A DNA stretch of 64,000 nt from Calditrichales bacterium. GTDB lineage: Bacteria; Calditrichota; Calditrichia; Calditrichales; J004. The stretch is from positions 3,456,001 through 3,520,000 of the forward strand of contig OZ254086.1 of assembly GCA_965267575.1 (NCBI GenBank), written 5' to 3'. Below the pieces are notes generated by a model. It saw nothing but the letters and a program-made list of their open reading frames with translations, was not told where the DNA came from and ran no database searches. Below, piece after piece: positions 39,646 through 49,700 of the stretch (position 1 is its first letter; every line of letters begins with the position of its first letter). Made by a program: the position numbers and the translations under genes.

Positions 39646-40287
39646 ATGCGATACAAAAATCCTTTGGTAGTAGCCGTTACAGGCGGCATGGGAAGCGGCC
39701 AGACCACCGTATGCGATTTTTTTAAAAAGTGGGGCTGCAAAGTTATTAACGCGGACAAAAAAGCACAGGAAGTAATACGGCAAAACAAGTCGCTGCAAAA
39801 CGATCTGAAAAATGCTTTCGGCAAAGATATTTTTGAAAAAGGCCGGCTGAACCGTGAAAAGCTGGCAGAGCGCGCTTTCCGGGATGTTGTTCAAACACAG
39901 CGGCTTAACCAACTTGTGCATCCACGCATGGTTGAAAGTTTGGTGGAAGAACTCGAAAAAGCCCGTGCTTCCGCGCGCTACCCTATAATTGCCGTGGATG
40001 CGGCCTTGATCTATGAGATCAGCATGGAACGTTATTTTGATTGCGTGGTGGTTGTAACGGCGCCGTTGCGTGCCCGTCAAAAACGTGTCCAGGAACGTGA
40101 TGATATCAGCCGCAAGCAGTTTAAAGAGCGTGTGGACAAACAGCTGCCGTTGGAAGAAAAGGCCAAATGGGCTCATTTTGTCGTTAAGAATAACAGCGGC
40201 TTGGAGGAACTGGAAAACGCGTCACGCAAGGTGTATGATCAGCTCCTGTCTATTCGCAAAGGCGGGCGTGACAAGAAAGCGGGTTGA
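39646..40287 (+). CDS. coaE: Dephospho-CoA kinase
   Basis: VTGGMGSG, INAD, LNREKLA, LNQLVHP, KQLP. The P-loop reads GSGQT rather than GSGKS/T. Confidence 0.9.
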   Translation: MRYKNPLVVAVTGGMGSGQTTVCDFFKKWGCKVINADKKAQEVIRQNKSLQNDLKNAFGKDIFEKGRLNREKLAERAFRDVVQTQRLNQLVHPRMVESLVEELEKARASARYPIIAVDAALIYEISMERYFDCVVVVTAPLRARQKRVQERDDISRKQFKERVDKQLPLEEKAKWAHFVVKNNSGLEELENASRKVYDQLLSIRKGGRDKKAG

Positions 40288-41178
40288 TCAGTTAAAAACA
40301 AATTTATGAACGATGCGGGCGTTGCCGCGGCTATCCTCCAGTTGCGCAAAGTCCTGCAGGTAGCGGATGCGTTTTTTAAGACATTGCTCTACGACGCGGT
40401 TACGGATCGTACTGTCCAGAATGCGTACGCTGTGGGGCAGTACTCTGCCGTCCGGCGCGATCTTGAATTCCACTTTCACATAACCTGATTTTACACCGTG
40501 TTTCCGGGCTTCACGCAGGTAGCACATCTCGAAAAGATCCTTGCTGTTATAAAATACCTTCATCACCTCATCCTGATCGCGGTAGCCTCGAATTTCCTTT
40601 TCCTGCTCATCGAGAATAAAATCCGGAACGTCCATGTAGAGGGCGGCATTACGGTCAATCTTGTATGCAAAAGGATTCTCCAGCAGGTCCTCCAGCCTTC
40701 GCTCCTCATAGCGTACGGGCCGGTCGCTGGGATGGCGTTCATACAACAATCTGCTAAGTGCTTCGGCGGCATCCTGTTTTACCTGGGCTTCAAATGTTAG
40801 TTGCGAGATATCCAACAGAGGCAAGTCGGCATACACGTTTTCCGAATCGGCACCGGGCCCGAGGATGTCTTCATCAGCAAGCTCCTTCAGACGCTCTTCT
40901 CGTGTTTTCGGCAGGGTAATTTCTTCTACGAGTTCACTAAGGGGGAGCTCTTCTTCCGCAGGCTCGATATCGGGAAAATTTACAACGAGGTTGATATATC
41001 TTTCGCGAATCTCCGAAACTATGGCGGTGCGGTCATATTGCAGGTTTGCCAGATAGCTTATCAAGACAGTAAACAACAAAGCCGTGAACGCAAATATGCG
41101 CAGAAAGCGGGCGCTTCCGTGGAAAGGTTTTTTCCCGAAATGAGCGTTAAAATCCATTTTTAAATCGTTTGTTTCCAT
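40288..41178 (-). CDS. Single-pass membrane protein with a TonB-C-like (AgmX/PglI-type) C-terminal domain
   Basis: One N-terminal TM helix; C-terminus 'CY...G.VKVEFKIAPDGRV...STI.N..VEQC...FVF' with paired Cys. Confidence 0.65.
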   Translation of the reverse strand: METNDLKMDFNAHFGKKPFHGSARFLRIFAFTALLFTVLISYLANLQYDRTAIVSEIRERYINLVVNFPDIEPAEEELPLSELVEEITLPKTREERLKELADEDILGPGADSENVYADLPLLDISQLTFEAQVKQDAAEALSRLLYERHPSDRPVRYEERRLEDLLENPFAYKIDRNAALYMDVPDFILDEQEKEIRGYRDQDEVMKVFYNSKDLFEMCYLREARKHGVKSGYVKVEFKIAPDGRVLPHSVRILDSTIRNRVVEQCLKKRIRYLQDFAQLEDSRGNARIVHKFVFN

Positions 41179-41354
41179 GAGTTTAAAGTCGCGTACTTAT
41201 ATAGAAAGACGGCACTATCATCTTTGTGACTGACTGCACAATGCCATCAGCGGTTTTGAATTATCGGTATTTAATATGACGATTGAATTAAATAATCTAA
41301 ATAGCTAAGCTTATCAGAGCGTTTATCAAATATTTACGGAAGGAGGCCTAACTA

Positions 41355-42020
41355 ATGCTTAATCATATCTGGTTCTGGATGATCATTGCCAGTCTTGCCA
41401 TCGCGACCATCGGAGACGTGGTTGAAGGTCCGCCGGTGGAAGGTGTGAGCCTTAATGAAGGGACGCGCCTGGGGCAGGTAACCACTGCCGCGCTGGACTC
41501 TGCCGCGACGGCCGTTGAAATTGCCATCGGGCTGATCGGCGTAATGGCGCTGTGGCTGGGCATTATGAAAGTGGCGGAAGAAGCAGGCATGATCGCTATT
41601 CTGGCACGGCTTGTCAGACCGATTACCAAAAGGCTCTTTCCGACCATCCCATCAGATCACCCCTCCATCGGCGCTATGCTGATGAATATTGCCGCCAACA
41701 TGCTGGGGCTGAGCAATGCCGCCACGCCTTTGGGCCTTAAAGCGATGGAGGAGCTGCAAAAAATCAATCCCGACAAAGAGACGGCCAGCAACGATATGAT
41801 CACTTTTCTGGTGATAAATACCAGCGCCATTACATTGATACCTGCTACAGCTATCGCCATTCGTGCTTCGCTGGAATCGGCAAATCCGCAGCAGATTATC
41901 GTGCCTTCGATAATGGCTGCTACCATGGCAACCATTTTCGGGCTTACCACTGTGAAGCTTATCCAGCATTTCCAGGCTAAAAAGGCTGCACGGAGCGGCC
42001 AAAACGGGGGAGGCAACTAA
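41355..42020 (+). CDS. spmA: Spore maturation protein A-like membrane protein (Gate domain)
   Basis: MLNHIW, MALWLGIMKVAE, NIAANMLGLSNAATPLGLKAM. Confidence 0.9.
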   Translation: MLNHIWFWMIIASLAIATIGDVVEGPPVEGVSLNEGTRLGQVTTAALDSAATAVEIAIGLIGVMALWLGIMKVAEEAGMIAILARLVRPITKRLFPTIPSDHPSIGAMLMNIAANMLGLSNAATPLGLKAMEELQKINPDKETASNDMITFLVINTSAITLIPATAIAIRASLESANPQQIIVPSIMAATMATIFGLTTVKLIQHFQAKKAARSGQNGGGN

Positions 42021-42563
42021 ATGGAATTATTCAAAACGATCATTGACTGGGCCTCTATTCTGGCTATTCCCGTCATCATTTTGTTTTTTATCGGCTATGG
42101 CGGTATAAAAAAAGTACGTGTTTATGAAGTGTTCGTGGAAGGAGCCAAAGAAGGTTTTTCCGTTGGTGTAAAGATCATTCCTTATCTGGTGGCCATGCTG
42201 GTGGCGATCGCTATGTTCCGTGCCAGCGGGGCACTGGATGTGATTACATGGATCGTGTCGCCGGTTACGTCTGCTATCGGGATGGCACCTGAATTGTTGC
42301 CGATGGCATTTATGCGGCCGCTTTCCGGTAGTGGCTCGCTGGGCGTTATGACCGAACTGATGAACACCTACGGCGTGGATTCGCTTATCGGTTTTACGGC
42401 ATCCACTATGTTTGGCAGCACGGAAACAACGTTTTATGTTGTAGCCGTTTATTTTGGCGCGGTGAATATTCGAAATACGCGCTATGCCATTTTTGCGGGC
42501 CTCGTTGCGGATATTGCCGGCCTGATAACGGCCGTGCTGGTTTGCCGCTGGCTGTTCTTTTAA
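42021..42563 (+). CDS. spmB: Spore maturation protein B-like membrane protein
   Basis: VYEVFVEGAKEG, MRPLSGSGS, GSTETTFYVVAVYFG. Confidence 0.9.
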   Translation: MELFKTIIDWASILAIPVIILFFIGYGGIKKVRVYEVFVEGAKEGFSVGVKIIPYLVAMLVAIAMFRASGALDVITWIVSPVTSAIGMAPELLPMAFMRPLSGSGSLGVMTELMNTYGVDSLIGFTASTMFGSTETTFYVVAVYFGAVNIRNTRYAIFAGLVADIAGLITAVLVCRWLFF

Positions 42564-42631
42564 AGTCTTTGCAGATAAGACAATGGCTGCTTAATTTTGA
42601 TTTTTCCAAAAAAAAATTAACGGAGGAAAAG

Positions 42632-43096
42632 ATGAAATCCCTTCTTTTTATGCTGCTTTTTGTTTTGGCCGTTTATGCCGATGATACGCCGGTCACCAAC
42701 CTTGGCGCCGGTTTAACGCTTGAAACACAAACGGAACTGGCGGTACTCGCTGACACTCCGGAAGAGTATCTCGGTAAAAAAGTGCAGGTGAGCGGGACGG
42801 TTATTGAAGTCTGTGCAAATCGGGGCTGCTGGATAAAAATAACCAGCGGTGAAGGAGACAATCTCAAAACGCTGTTTGTAAAAGTAAAAGACGGCGAGAT
42901 TGTTTTTCCACAAGATGCAATTGGCAAAACGGCCGTTGTTGAAGGCGAAATGGAAAAGATCGAGCTTACGCTGGAGGAGACCCGCGAAAGGGCCAAGCAT
43001 CGCTGCGAAATGAACGGCGAGGAGTATGACCCGGAAGAGATTAAGGAGGCGGAAGTTATTTACAGGCTTAAAGGGCTTGGCGCCGTAATAAAATAA
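42632..43096 (+). CDS. Exported OB-fold-like protein (DUF4920-like)
   Basis: Signal peptide after a GGAGG SD (start moved to 42632); 'V.G.V.EVC..RGCW', 'VKVKDG', 'GK.A.VEG'. Confidence 0.65.
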   Translation: MKSLLFMLLFVLAVYADDTPVTNLGAGLTLETQTELAVLADTPEEYLGKKVQVSGTVIEVCANRGCWIKITSGEGDNLKTLFVKVKDGEIVFPQDAIGKTAVVEGEMEKIELTLEETRERAKHRCEMNGEEYDPEEIKEAEVIYRLKGLGAVIK

Positions 43097-43112
43097 TTGG
43101 CTGCAAATATTT

Positions 43113-44561
43113 ATGAAAATTGCGATTGTTTCTTCGGAAGTTTACCCGTTTGCCAAAACCGGCGGACTTGCAGACGTATGCGGTGCGCTGGGAAAATATC
43201 TTAAAAAGGGCGGGCATGACGTCCGCCTTATTACTCCCTTTTATTCGGCAACAGATGTCACGATCGGTGAATTTTACGCCGTCGATTATCTGCAGAACCT
43301 GGAAATATGGTTTGGTGACCGGCTTATATCGTTTTCCGTTCATACGGCAAAGCTGCCGGGCAGCAAAACAGACGTATATTTCATTTCCTGTCCGGAGCTC
43401 TACAATCGCTGGACCATCTACACAAACGATCCCGACGAGTGGTTGCGTTTTGCCTTGCTCAACCGGGCGGCGATAGAAATTTGCCAGCGTATGGGCTGGT
43501 CGCCCGATATTTTTCATTGCAATGACTGGCAAACGGCATTGATACCGCTTTACCTGAAAACGACCTATTCCTGGGATAGTCTCTTTACGCACTGCAAAAC
43601 GCTTCTAACCATACATAATATCGGTTACCAGGGGATTTTTGGCAGCGATATTCTGGGCATCCTTGGTTTTAGCGGCTACCCGCACTGGCTGGACGATTAC
43701 GATCTGAAAGCAGGCGTAACCAATTATATGAAGCTGGGGATCATACACGCGGACAAGCTTTCAACAGTAAGTAAAACCTATGCGGAAGAAATTCAGACGG
43801 CGGCGTACGGCGAAGGCTTGCAGGACATGCTCGCTTACCGAAAGCACAATCTTACCGGGATCGTCAATGGTGTGGATTACGAGACCTGGAATCCGGCAAA
43901 AGATCCGCATATACCGTTTCATTTTTCGTTGCAGGATTTAAGCGGGAAAGAGAAGAATAAGAAGGCCCTATGTGAGCATGTAGGGCTGGAATTCACGCCA
44001 GCGGTGCCAATAGTCGGCCTGATATCGCGCCTTGTGGCACAAAAGGGCATGGATTTGATCGTTGACAGAATGGAGCATTTTATTGCTAATTATGATATGC
44101 AGTTTATCGTTCTTGGCAGCGGCGAGCATCTTTACGAGGAGTACTTCGAATTCCTGCTAAGCAAATATTCGCATAAGATGGCGCTTTTCCGTGGTTATAA
44201 TAATCACCTTGCCCATTTGATTGAAGCCGGCGCAGATATCTTCCTGATGCCTTCCCGCTACGAGCCCTGCGGTCTGAACCAGATTTACAGCCTGCATTAC
44301 GGAACGATCCCTGTGGTTCGCAAAACCGGCGGCCTTGCCGATACAGTAGAATTATACGACTGGGAAAGTCAAACCGGCACGGGATTCGTTTTTGAAGACT
44401 ATACACCTGATGCCTTTGCCTGGGCGCTGGACTATGCTTTGAGCACTTACAAAAACAAGCGGGCCTGGAAAACATTGATCAAAAACGCCATGTCGCAAAA
44501 CTTTTCCTGGGAAACGCAAATAAAAGAGTATGTAAAACTTTACAAATCGTTATTTGATTGA
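43113..44561 (+). CDS. glgA: Glycogen synthase
   Basis: EVYPFAKTGGLADV, HCNDWQT, TIHN..YQG, MPSRYEPCGLNQ, TGGLADTV. Confidence 0.97.
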   Translation: MKIAIVSSEVYPFAKTGGLADVCGALGKYLKKGGHDVRLITPFYSATDVTIGEFYAVDYLQNLEIWFGDRLISFSVHTAKLPGSKTDVYFISCPELYNRWTIYTNDPDEWLRFALLNRAAIEICQRMGWSPDIFHCNDWQTALIPLYLKTTYSWDSLFTHCKTLLTIHNIGYQGIFGSDILGILGFSGYPHWLDDYDLKAGVTNYMKLGIIHADKLSTVSKTYAEEIQTAAYGEGLQDMLAYRKHNLTGIVNGVDYETWNPAKDPHIPFHFSLQDLSGKEKNKKALCEHVGLEFTPAVPIVGLISRLVAQKGMDLIVDRMEHFIANYDMQFIVLGSGEHLYEEYFEFLLSKYSHKMALFRGYNNHLAHLIEAGADIFLMPSRYEPCGLNQIYSLHYGTIPVVRKTGGLADTVELYDWESQTGTGFVFEDYTPDAFAWALDYALSTYKNKRAWKTLIKNAMSQNFSWETQIKEYVKLYKSLFD

Positions 44562-45336
44562 TATGCAGAATAAATTCAAGGGCTTTCTGCTGGATCTGGA
44601 TGGCGTAATCTACCAGGATGATAGGCTGTTGCCCGGCGCTGCACAAGTTGTCCGCTGTCTTCAGGACAAAAATATTCCATTTCGGTTTGTCACAAACACA
44701 ACAACAAAAACGCGGGAACAAATCGCCCAAAAGCTGGAAAAACTGGGGCTGTCCGTTAACACGGATTCAATTTTTTCAGCCTTGTATGGTGTCGAACGCT
44801 ATCTTCAAAAAGAAGGCGCCAAAAACGTCTTCGCGTTACTTCCGGCAACGGTGCGCGAAAGTTTCCCCTTTGAGTTTGACATCAACAAGGAAGCTGATTT
44901 CGTGGTTGTTTGTGATATGGAAGAGGAATTTGATTTTAAAAATCTCAACCAGGCTTTTCAGCATCTTTTTAACGGCGCCAGGCTCATTGCCGCACACCAG
45001 AATCGATACTGGAAAAAAGAAGGGGAACTCCGGCTGGATATTGGTGGTTTCATCAGGCTTCTCGAATATGCCGCTGACATAAAGGCTCACCTTGTCGGCA
45101 AACCATCCACTGATTTTTTTAAGATGGCTTTGGACGATATGGAGCTGAATGCCGAAGATGTGCTTATGAGCGGAGATGATATTGAATCAGATGTGAGTGG
45201 TGCACAGTCAGCAGGCATTAAGGCTGCACTTGTAAAAGGCGGAAAATTTAACGAAAAACAACTGAAAAAGAGTAAGGTAAATCCGGATTTTGTTTTTACG
45301 GATATCGGAGATTTATTCAGCGAAAATTTAATTTGA
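44554..45336 (+). CDS. HAD-superfamily IIA hydrolase (LHPP/NagD-like); start may be ATG 44563
   Basis: LLDLDGV, FVTNTT, VGKPS, GDDIESDV. Confidence 0.88.
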   Translation: MIDMQNKFKGFLLDLDGVIYQDDRLLPGAAQVVRCLQDKNIPFRFVTNTTTKTREQIAQKLEKLGLSVNTDSIFSALYGVERYLQKEGAKNVFALLPATVRESFPFEFDINKEADFVVVCDMEEEFDFKNLNQAFQHLFNGARLIAAHQNRYWKKEGELRLDIGGFIRLLEYAADIKAHLVGKPSTDFFKMALDDMELNAEDVLMSGDDIESDVSGAQSAGIKAALVKGGKFNEKQLKKSKVNPDFVFTDIGDLFSENLI

Positions 45337-45419
45337 ACTTCGCAGTTTCATTAAGGTATAAAACCCTGAAATTATTTGAGACCTTACTTGCAAACCTTTA
45401 TATTATAAGACGCTCGTTT

Positions 45420-45777
45420 GGGGACGTTTTTGGATTCGACGGGCAAGAGAAGGATACGAACAGCGATCCGGGATTCCGGTTACCCCGTGATTAGCCGGAA
45501 GCACGATAAGTGCCAATAATAATTACGCATTAGCAGCGTAAACTTACGACTGCTACGTTTTAGTTTTCCCCCATCCATCGGAGATTTCTAAAACGCCATA
45601 CTAAGATGGATTGCGCGATTGCTTTTTCTGCGGGCATGAGCGCATAACTAAGCAGGATTTGTTGCATCATAGGTTGGCCGACTGTCCAATGATGTGACGA
45701 GACTTAACAGGCGGCTATGATTGTAGACGTTCGTGTTGGTCCTTGTCCGGACCCGGGTTCGACTCCCGGCGTCTCCA
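45420..45777 (+). ncRNA. ssrA: tmRNA; tag (A)ANNNYALAA encoded at 45512-45541
   Basis: 5' GGGGACG..GGATTCGAC and 3' T-arm CCGGGTTCGACTCCCGG plus CGTCTCCA form an acceptor stem with the G3:U alanine determinant. Internal ORF GCC AAT AAT AAT TAC GCA TTA GCA GCG TAA. CCA is not encoded. Confidence 0.96.
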
Positions 45778-45785
45778 CTATTTTT

Positions 45786-45917
45786 ATGGAAAGTATACTA
45801 ATAGTCATATTATTGGTTGTATTCGTGTGGTTGTTCTACAACGCGCGTAAACAATCGAAGAGGTCCGCGCAAAAAAAACGCGACATTGTCGACCGTATTA
45901 AAAGGCGTGAAAGATAA
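45786..45917 (+). CDS. Putative 43-aa single-TM small protein
   Basis: MESILIVILLVVFVWLFY followed by a strongly basic tail. Fills the ssrA-tRNA gap. No SD. Confidence 0.45.
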   Translation: MESILIVILLVVFVWLFYNARKQSKRSAQKKRDIVDRIKRRER

Positions 45918-45925
45918 AAAAAATA

Positions 45926-45955
45926 TTGACTCAAATAGTATCAGGTTCCTATATT
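45926..45955 (+). promoter_or_regulatory. Candidate sigma70-type promoter of the tRNA operon
   Basis: TTGACT, 18-nt spacer, TATATT, about 40 nt upstream of tRNA-Gly. A similar TTGAGA-17-TATATT precedes ssrA (45376-45404). Confidence 0.5.
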
Positions 45956-45993
45956 CGAATCTTTGATTTTAAGACATAGCATCATGTTTTTAA

Positions 45994-46067
<74 letters not shown>

Positions 46068-46095
46068 CTTTTTATTGGTGGCATTTTGAAAATAA

Positions 46096-46169
46096 GGCGA
46101 CGTACCCAAGTGGCTTAAGGGAGAGGTCTGCAAAACCTCCATTCGCCGGTTCGAATCCGGCCGTCGCCT
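46096..46169 (+). tRNA. tRNA-Cys(GCA)
   Basis: Acceptor GGCGACG/CGTCGCC with U73, anticodon arm GAGGT-CTGCAAA-ACCTC, T-loop GTTCGAATC. Confidence 0.97.
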
Positions 46170-46195
46170 CTAATAATAATTCCCCAAAGTACGGC

Positions 46196-46281
46196 GCCGG
46201 GGTGGTGGAATTGGTAGACACAAGGGACTTAAAATCCCTCGGGCCTTTACGCCCGTGCCGGTTCGAGTCCGGCCCTCGGTA
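46196..46281 (+). tRNA. tRNA-Leu(TAA)
   Basis: Acceptor GCCGGGG/CCTCGGT with A73, anticodon arm AGGGA-CTTAAAA-TCCCT, long variable arm CGGGC/GCCCG. Confidence 0.96.
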
Positions 46282-46292
46282 CAAGATTTAAC

Positions 46293-46334
46293 AAGGGTTT
46301 ATGTAAAACGAAATGTTTGCATGAACCCTTTTTT
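46293..46334 (+). terminator. Intrinsic terminator of the tRNA operon
   Basis: Stem AAGGGTTTATGTAAA/TTTGCATGAACCCTT (with G:U pairs) followed by a T-run. Confidence 0.75.
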
Positions 46335-46532
46335 ATTTTCGCCATCCTTCCCATCTTAAAAAACGTTCATTTTCTTTTAAAAAAAGGATGAATCTTTTGT
46401 CATTAACTCATATATTTCTAACGCTCTTCATTTATGTGAATAATTTTGCCCATTTTTGTGGACAAAAATCAGCCTATCTTTTTATAAAATTACTTTTTGA
46501 GAATTTCCGGAATATTCTCTTCGTGACACTAT

Positions 46533-46618
46533 GCCCGGGGGGTAAGAAAACTTGCTTGTCCGCCCCCCTCGCGGATGAGCAGAACGGGACGGGTGAGTTT
46601 TTCCGTCCCTGTTCTTTT
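46533..46618 (+). other. Structured GC-rich intergenic element (two hairpins, then a T-run); candidate sRNA or leader
   Basis: Stem TGCTTGTCCGC/GCGGATGAGCA with loop CCCCCTC, then stem AGAAC-GGGACGG/CCGTCCC-T-GTTCT followed by TTT. Embedded in AT-rich DNA. Confidence 0.45.
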
Positions 46619-46744
46619 AATCTAAAAAGCTTACCTCAACCTCTATAAACAATTATTAATCCTGAATATCGTTATCCGCTTTACTTTTTTGAATAGTAGT
46701 TTTTGTTAATCAAAAATAGTAAATCATAAAGGCATTCGGGACTA

Positions 46745-49700
46745 ATGAATTACTTAAAAAATCTATCAACTTATTCGCTCTTGGTTTGGATAACAGCAAG
46801 TGTTTTGCTCATATGCAGTCCTCTACAAAGCCAGTATTTTGGCAGAAATAAAGTGAAGTATGAGGATTTTGATTTCAAGATAATGAAATCGGAAACATTT
46901 AAAGTTTATTACTATCCCGGTGAAGAAACTGCGGTTCAAAACGCCATTGCCATACTGGAAACATGGCATAGTTCTATGGATGGTATTTTTAATATTGGTC
47001 TTGCTCCGGACCAACCCATTATCCTTTACGCAAACCATGCAGATTTCCAGCAAACAAACGTAACCGGCGGCATTATACCGCAAGGCACCGGCGGTTTTAC
47101 GGAAGGTCTTAAAAACCGCATCGTATTGCCATTTAGCGGCATAAACAGTGAAGATAAGCATGTTTTGGGGCACGAGCTCGTTCATGCTTTTCAATATAAA
47201 CTTATGCGAACATTGCGGGAAACACGGTCCGGTTCGGGGCGCACACCATTATGGATGGTGGAAGGAATGGCGGAGTATCTGTCCATTGGGCGCAAGGATC
47301 CGCTTACGGCCATGTGGATGCGTGATGCCATTATGCATAACGATCTACCGGCCGTTGAAGACCTGGCCCGGAGTAGCCGCTATTTTCCATACCGTTGGGG
47401 TCACGCCATGTGGTCTTTTATTGCCAGTAAATGGGGTGATGAAGTTATACTTGACCTGTTTACATCGGTTTTAAAGAACGGAATGCAAAAGGGTTTTAAC
47501 CAGGTTTTGGGAGTCAGCGGTGATACTTTAAGTGCAATGTGGAAAAGGAGTCTTAAACAGACATATGCACCACAGGTAAAGGATACGTCCCGGCATAAGG
47601 AAAATCTTAGACACATAATTGGTGGCGGTGGAGGAATGAACATGGCGCCAAGTCTTAGCCCCAACGGCAAGTATATCGCTTTTCTTTCACGGCGTGAATT
47701 GTTTACGATAGACCTTTACCTGGCTGATGCTAAAACCGGTGAGGTCATAAAAAAGCTTGTCAGCTCAAATACAGATCAGCACTTTGATGCCTTACGTTTT
47801 ATGAATTCTGCAGGCTCATGGTCTCCCGAGGGGAGCAGGTTCGCTTTTGTTGTCTTTAAAAACGGTGACAACGGCATAGCCATTCTTGATGTTGAGCGTC
47901 GTGAAGTTGAGAAGACGATTTCGATGAAGCAGGTTGATCAAATTACGAATATTGCCTGGTCACCTGATGGCAATCGCATTCTTTATTCCGGTGCCATTGG
48001 CGGAATCAGCGATTTATTTATTTATGATTTAAAAAAAGAACAAAACGAACAGATAACCGACGACCTTTATTCGGAAATTCAACCTTCATGGTCGCCTGAT
48101 GGAAAGAAGATTGCTTTTGCCACGGATCGCGGTCCGCAAACCGATCTGCAAAGAAACATTTACGGTCCCATGAAAATAGCCGTGATGTCCCTCGAGAACG
48201 ATCAGACAGATTTATTATACATCTCGGAAAAGGCCAAGCACATTAATCCTTATTTTTCAGCGGACGGCAAATCTATCTTTATGGTGGCTGACCCGGATGG
48301 CATCAGCAATGTTTATCGCTATGAACTGGCTTCCGGGAGGCTATTGCAGTTAACCCATTTGTTAACCGGTGTAAGCGGACTCACGGAACTGTCGCCGGCG
48401 ATGTCTGTTGCTTCAAATAAGGGGCTGGTTGCCGTAAGCGTATATGAGAAGAACGAATACAATATTTATACCTTGGACGCTTCTGATAGCCCGGGAGACG
48501 TTTACCAGGATGAGGATGGGTTTACGGCTACGGTTTCCCTGCCGATCGCCGAACGTGCCTCTGACGGGAGGGTTGAAGATTATTTACACGGTGACAGGCC
48601 CGTCGCAGGGCTGGAAAAAGCGCCGAAAAAGCGTTCATACGATCCTTCGCTGCGACTTATCCACATTGGACAGGCCGGTATTGGTATCGTGGCCGACCGC
48701 TATGGTGCTACTCTGGGCGGCGGCGTGAGCATGTTCTTTAGTGATATGCTGGGTAATCATGTTATGGGTGTTGCCGTGCAAAGCAATGGCGGGCTTAAGG
48801 ATATTGGCGGGCAGGTCATGTACCAAAACCTGGAAAACCGTTATAATTGGGGCGCAAGTTTAGCGCATATTCCTTATCAAACCGCCAGCCTTGCCGTAAG
48901 GCCGGACACGGTAAATGTTGGTGGAGATCAGGTTCTGGGCCGACGATATGAATTGTTGAGGCAGCGCATATTTATAGATCGCCTGACCCTAAATACGGAA
49001 TACCCGCTTTCGCAAAATCGCCGCCTTGAATTTGGAACGGGATATACCCGCTATACGCCGGATTACGAGCTGGAATACTTCACAACTGTGCAGGGCTTTC
49101 AGGTTGACCGCGGAACGGAAGATCTGCAGGAGCCGAATGCTTTAAACCTCTTTCAATCCTCCGTGGCTTATGTGGGCGATTATTCCTTTTTTGGCTTTAC
49201 ATCCCCCGTGGACGGACGCCGTTACCGCTTTGAGGCCGAGCCTACGATCGGGTCATTGAAATTTGTAACGCTGCTGGCAGATTACCGCTATTATCATTTT
49301 CAAAATCCGGTGACATTTGCCGTACGTGGAATGCACATTGGTCGTTACTGGGAAGATGCCGAAAGCAGCCGCCTCCCGCCGTTGTACCTTGGATACCAGA
49401 CATATTTACGCGGCTACAGCCTGGGATCGATCGATTTCCAAAATTGCCAGACGGGTTCATCGGGGCGCTGCCTGATATATGACCAGCTTGTGGGCTCACG
49501 AATGGCGCTTGTGAACGCTGAAGTGCGGCTTCCCTTTTTCGGGACTGAGGAATTCGGGCTGATCAATTTTCCTTATGTACCAACAGAGCTGGTTGCGTTT
49601 GCCGATGGCGGTGTTACCTGGAGCAAAGGCGATCAACCCGAGCTGAAGTTTGACACAGACCCTTCCGAACATGTGCCGGTTTTCAGCACCGGCGTTGCCG

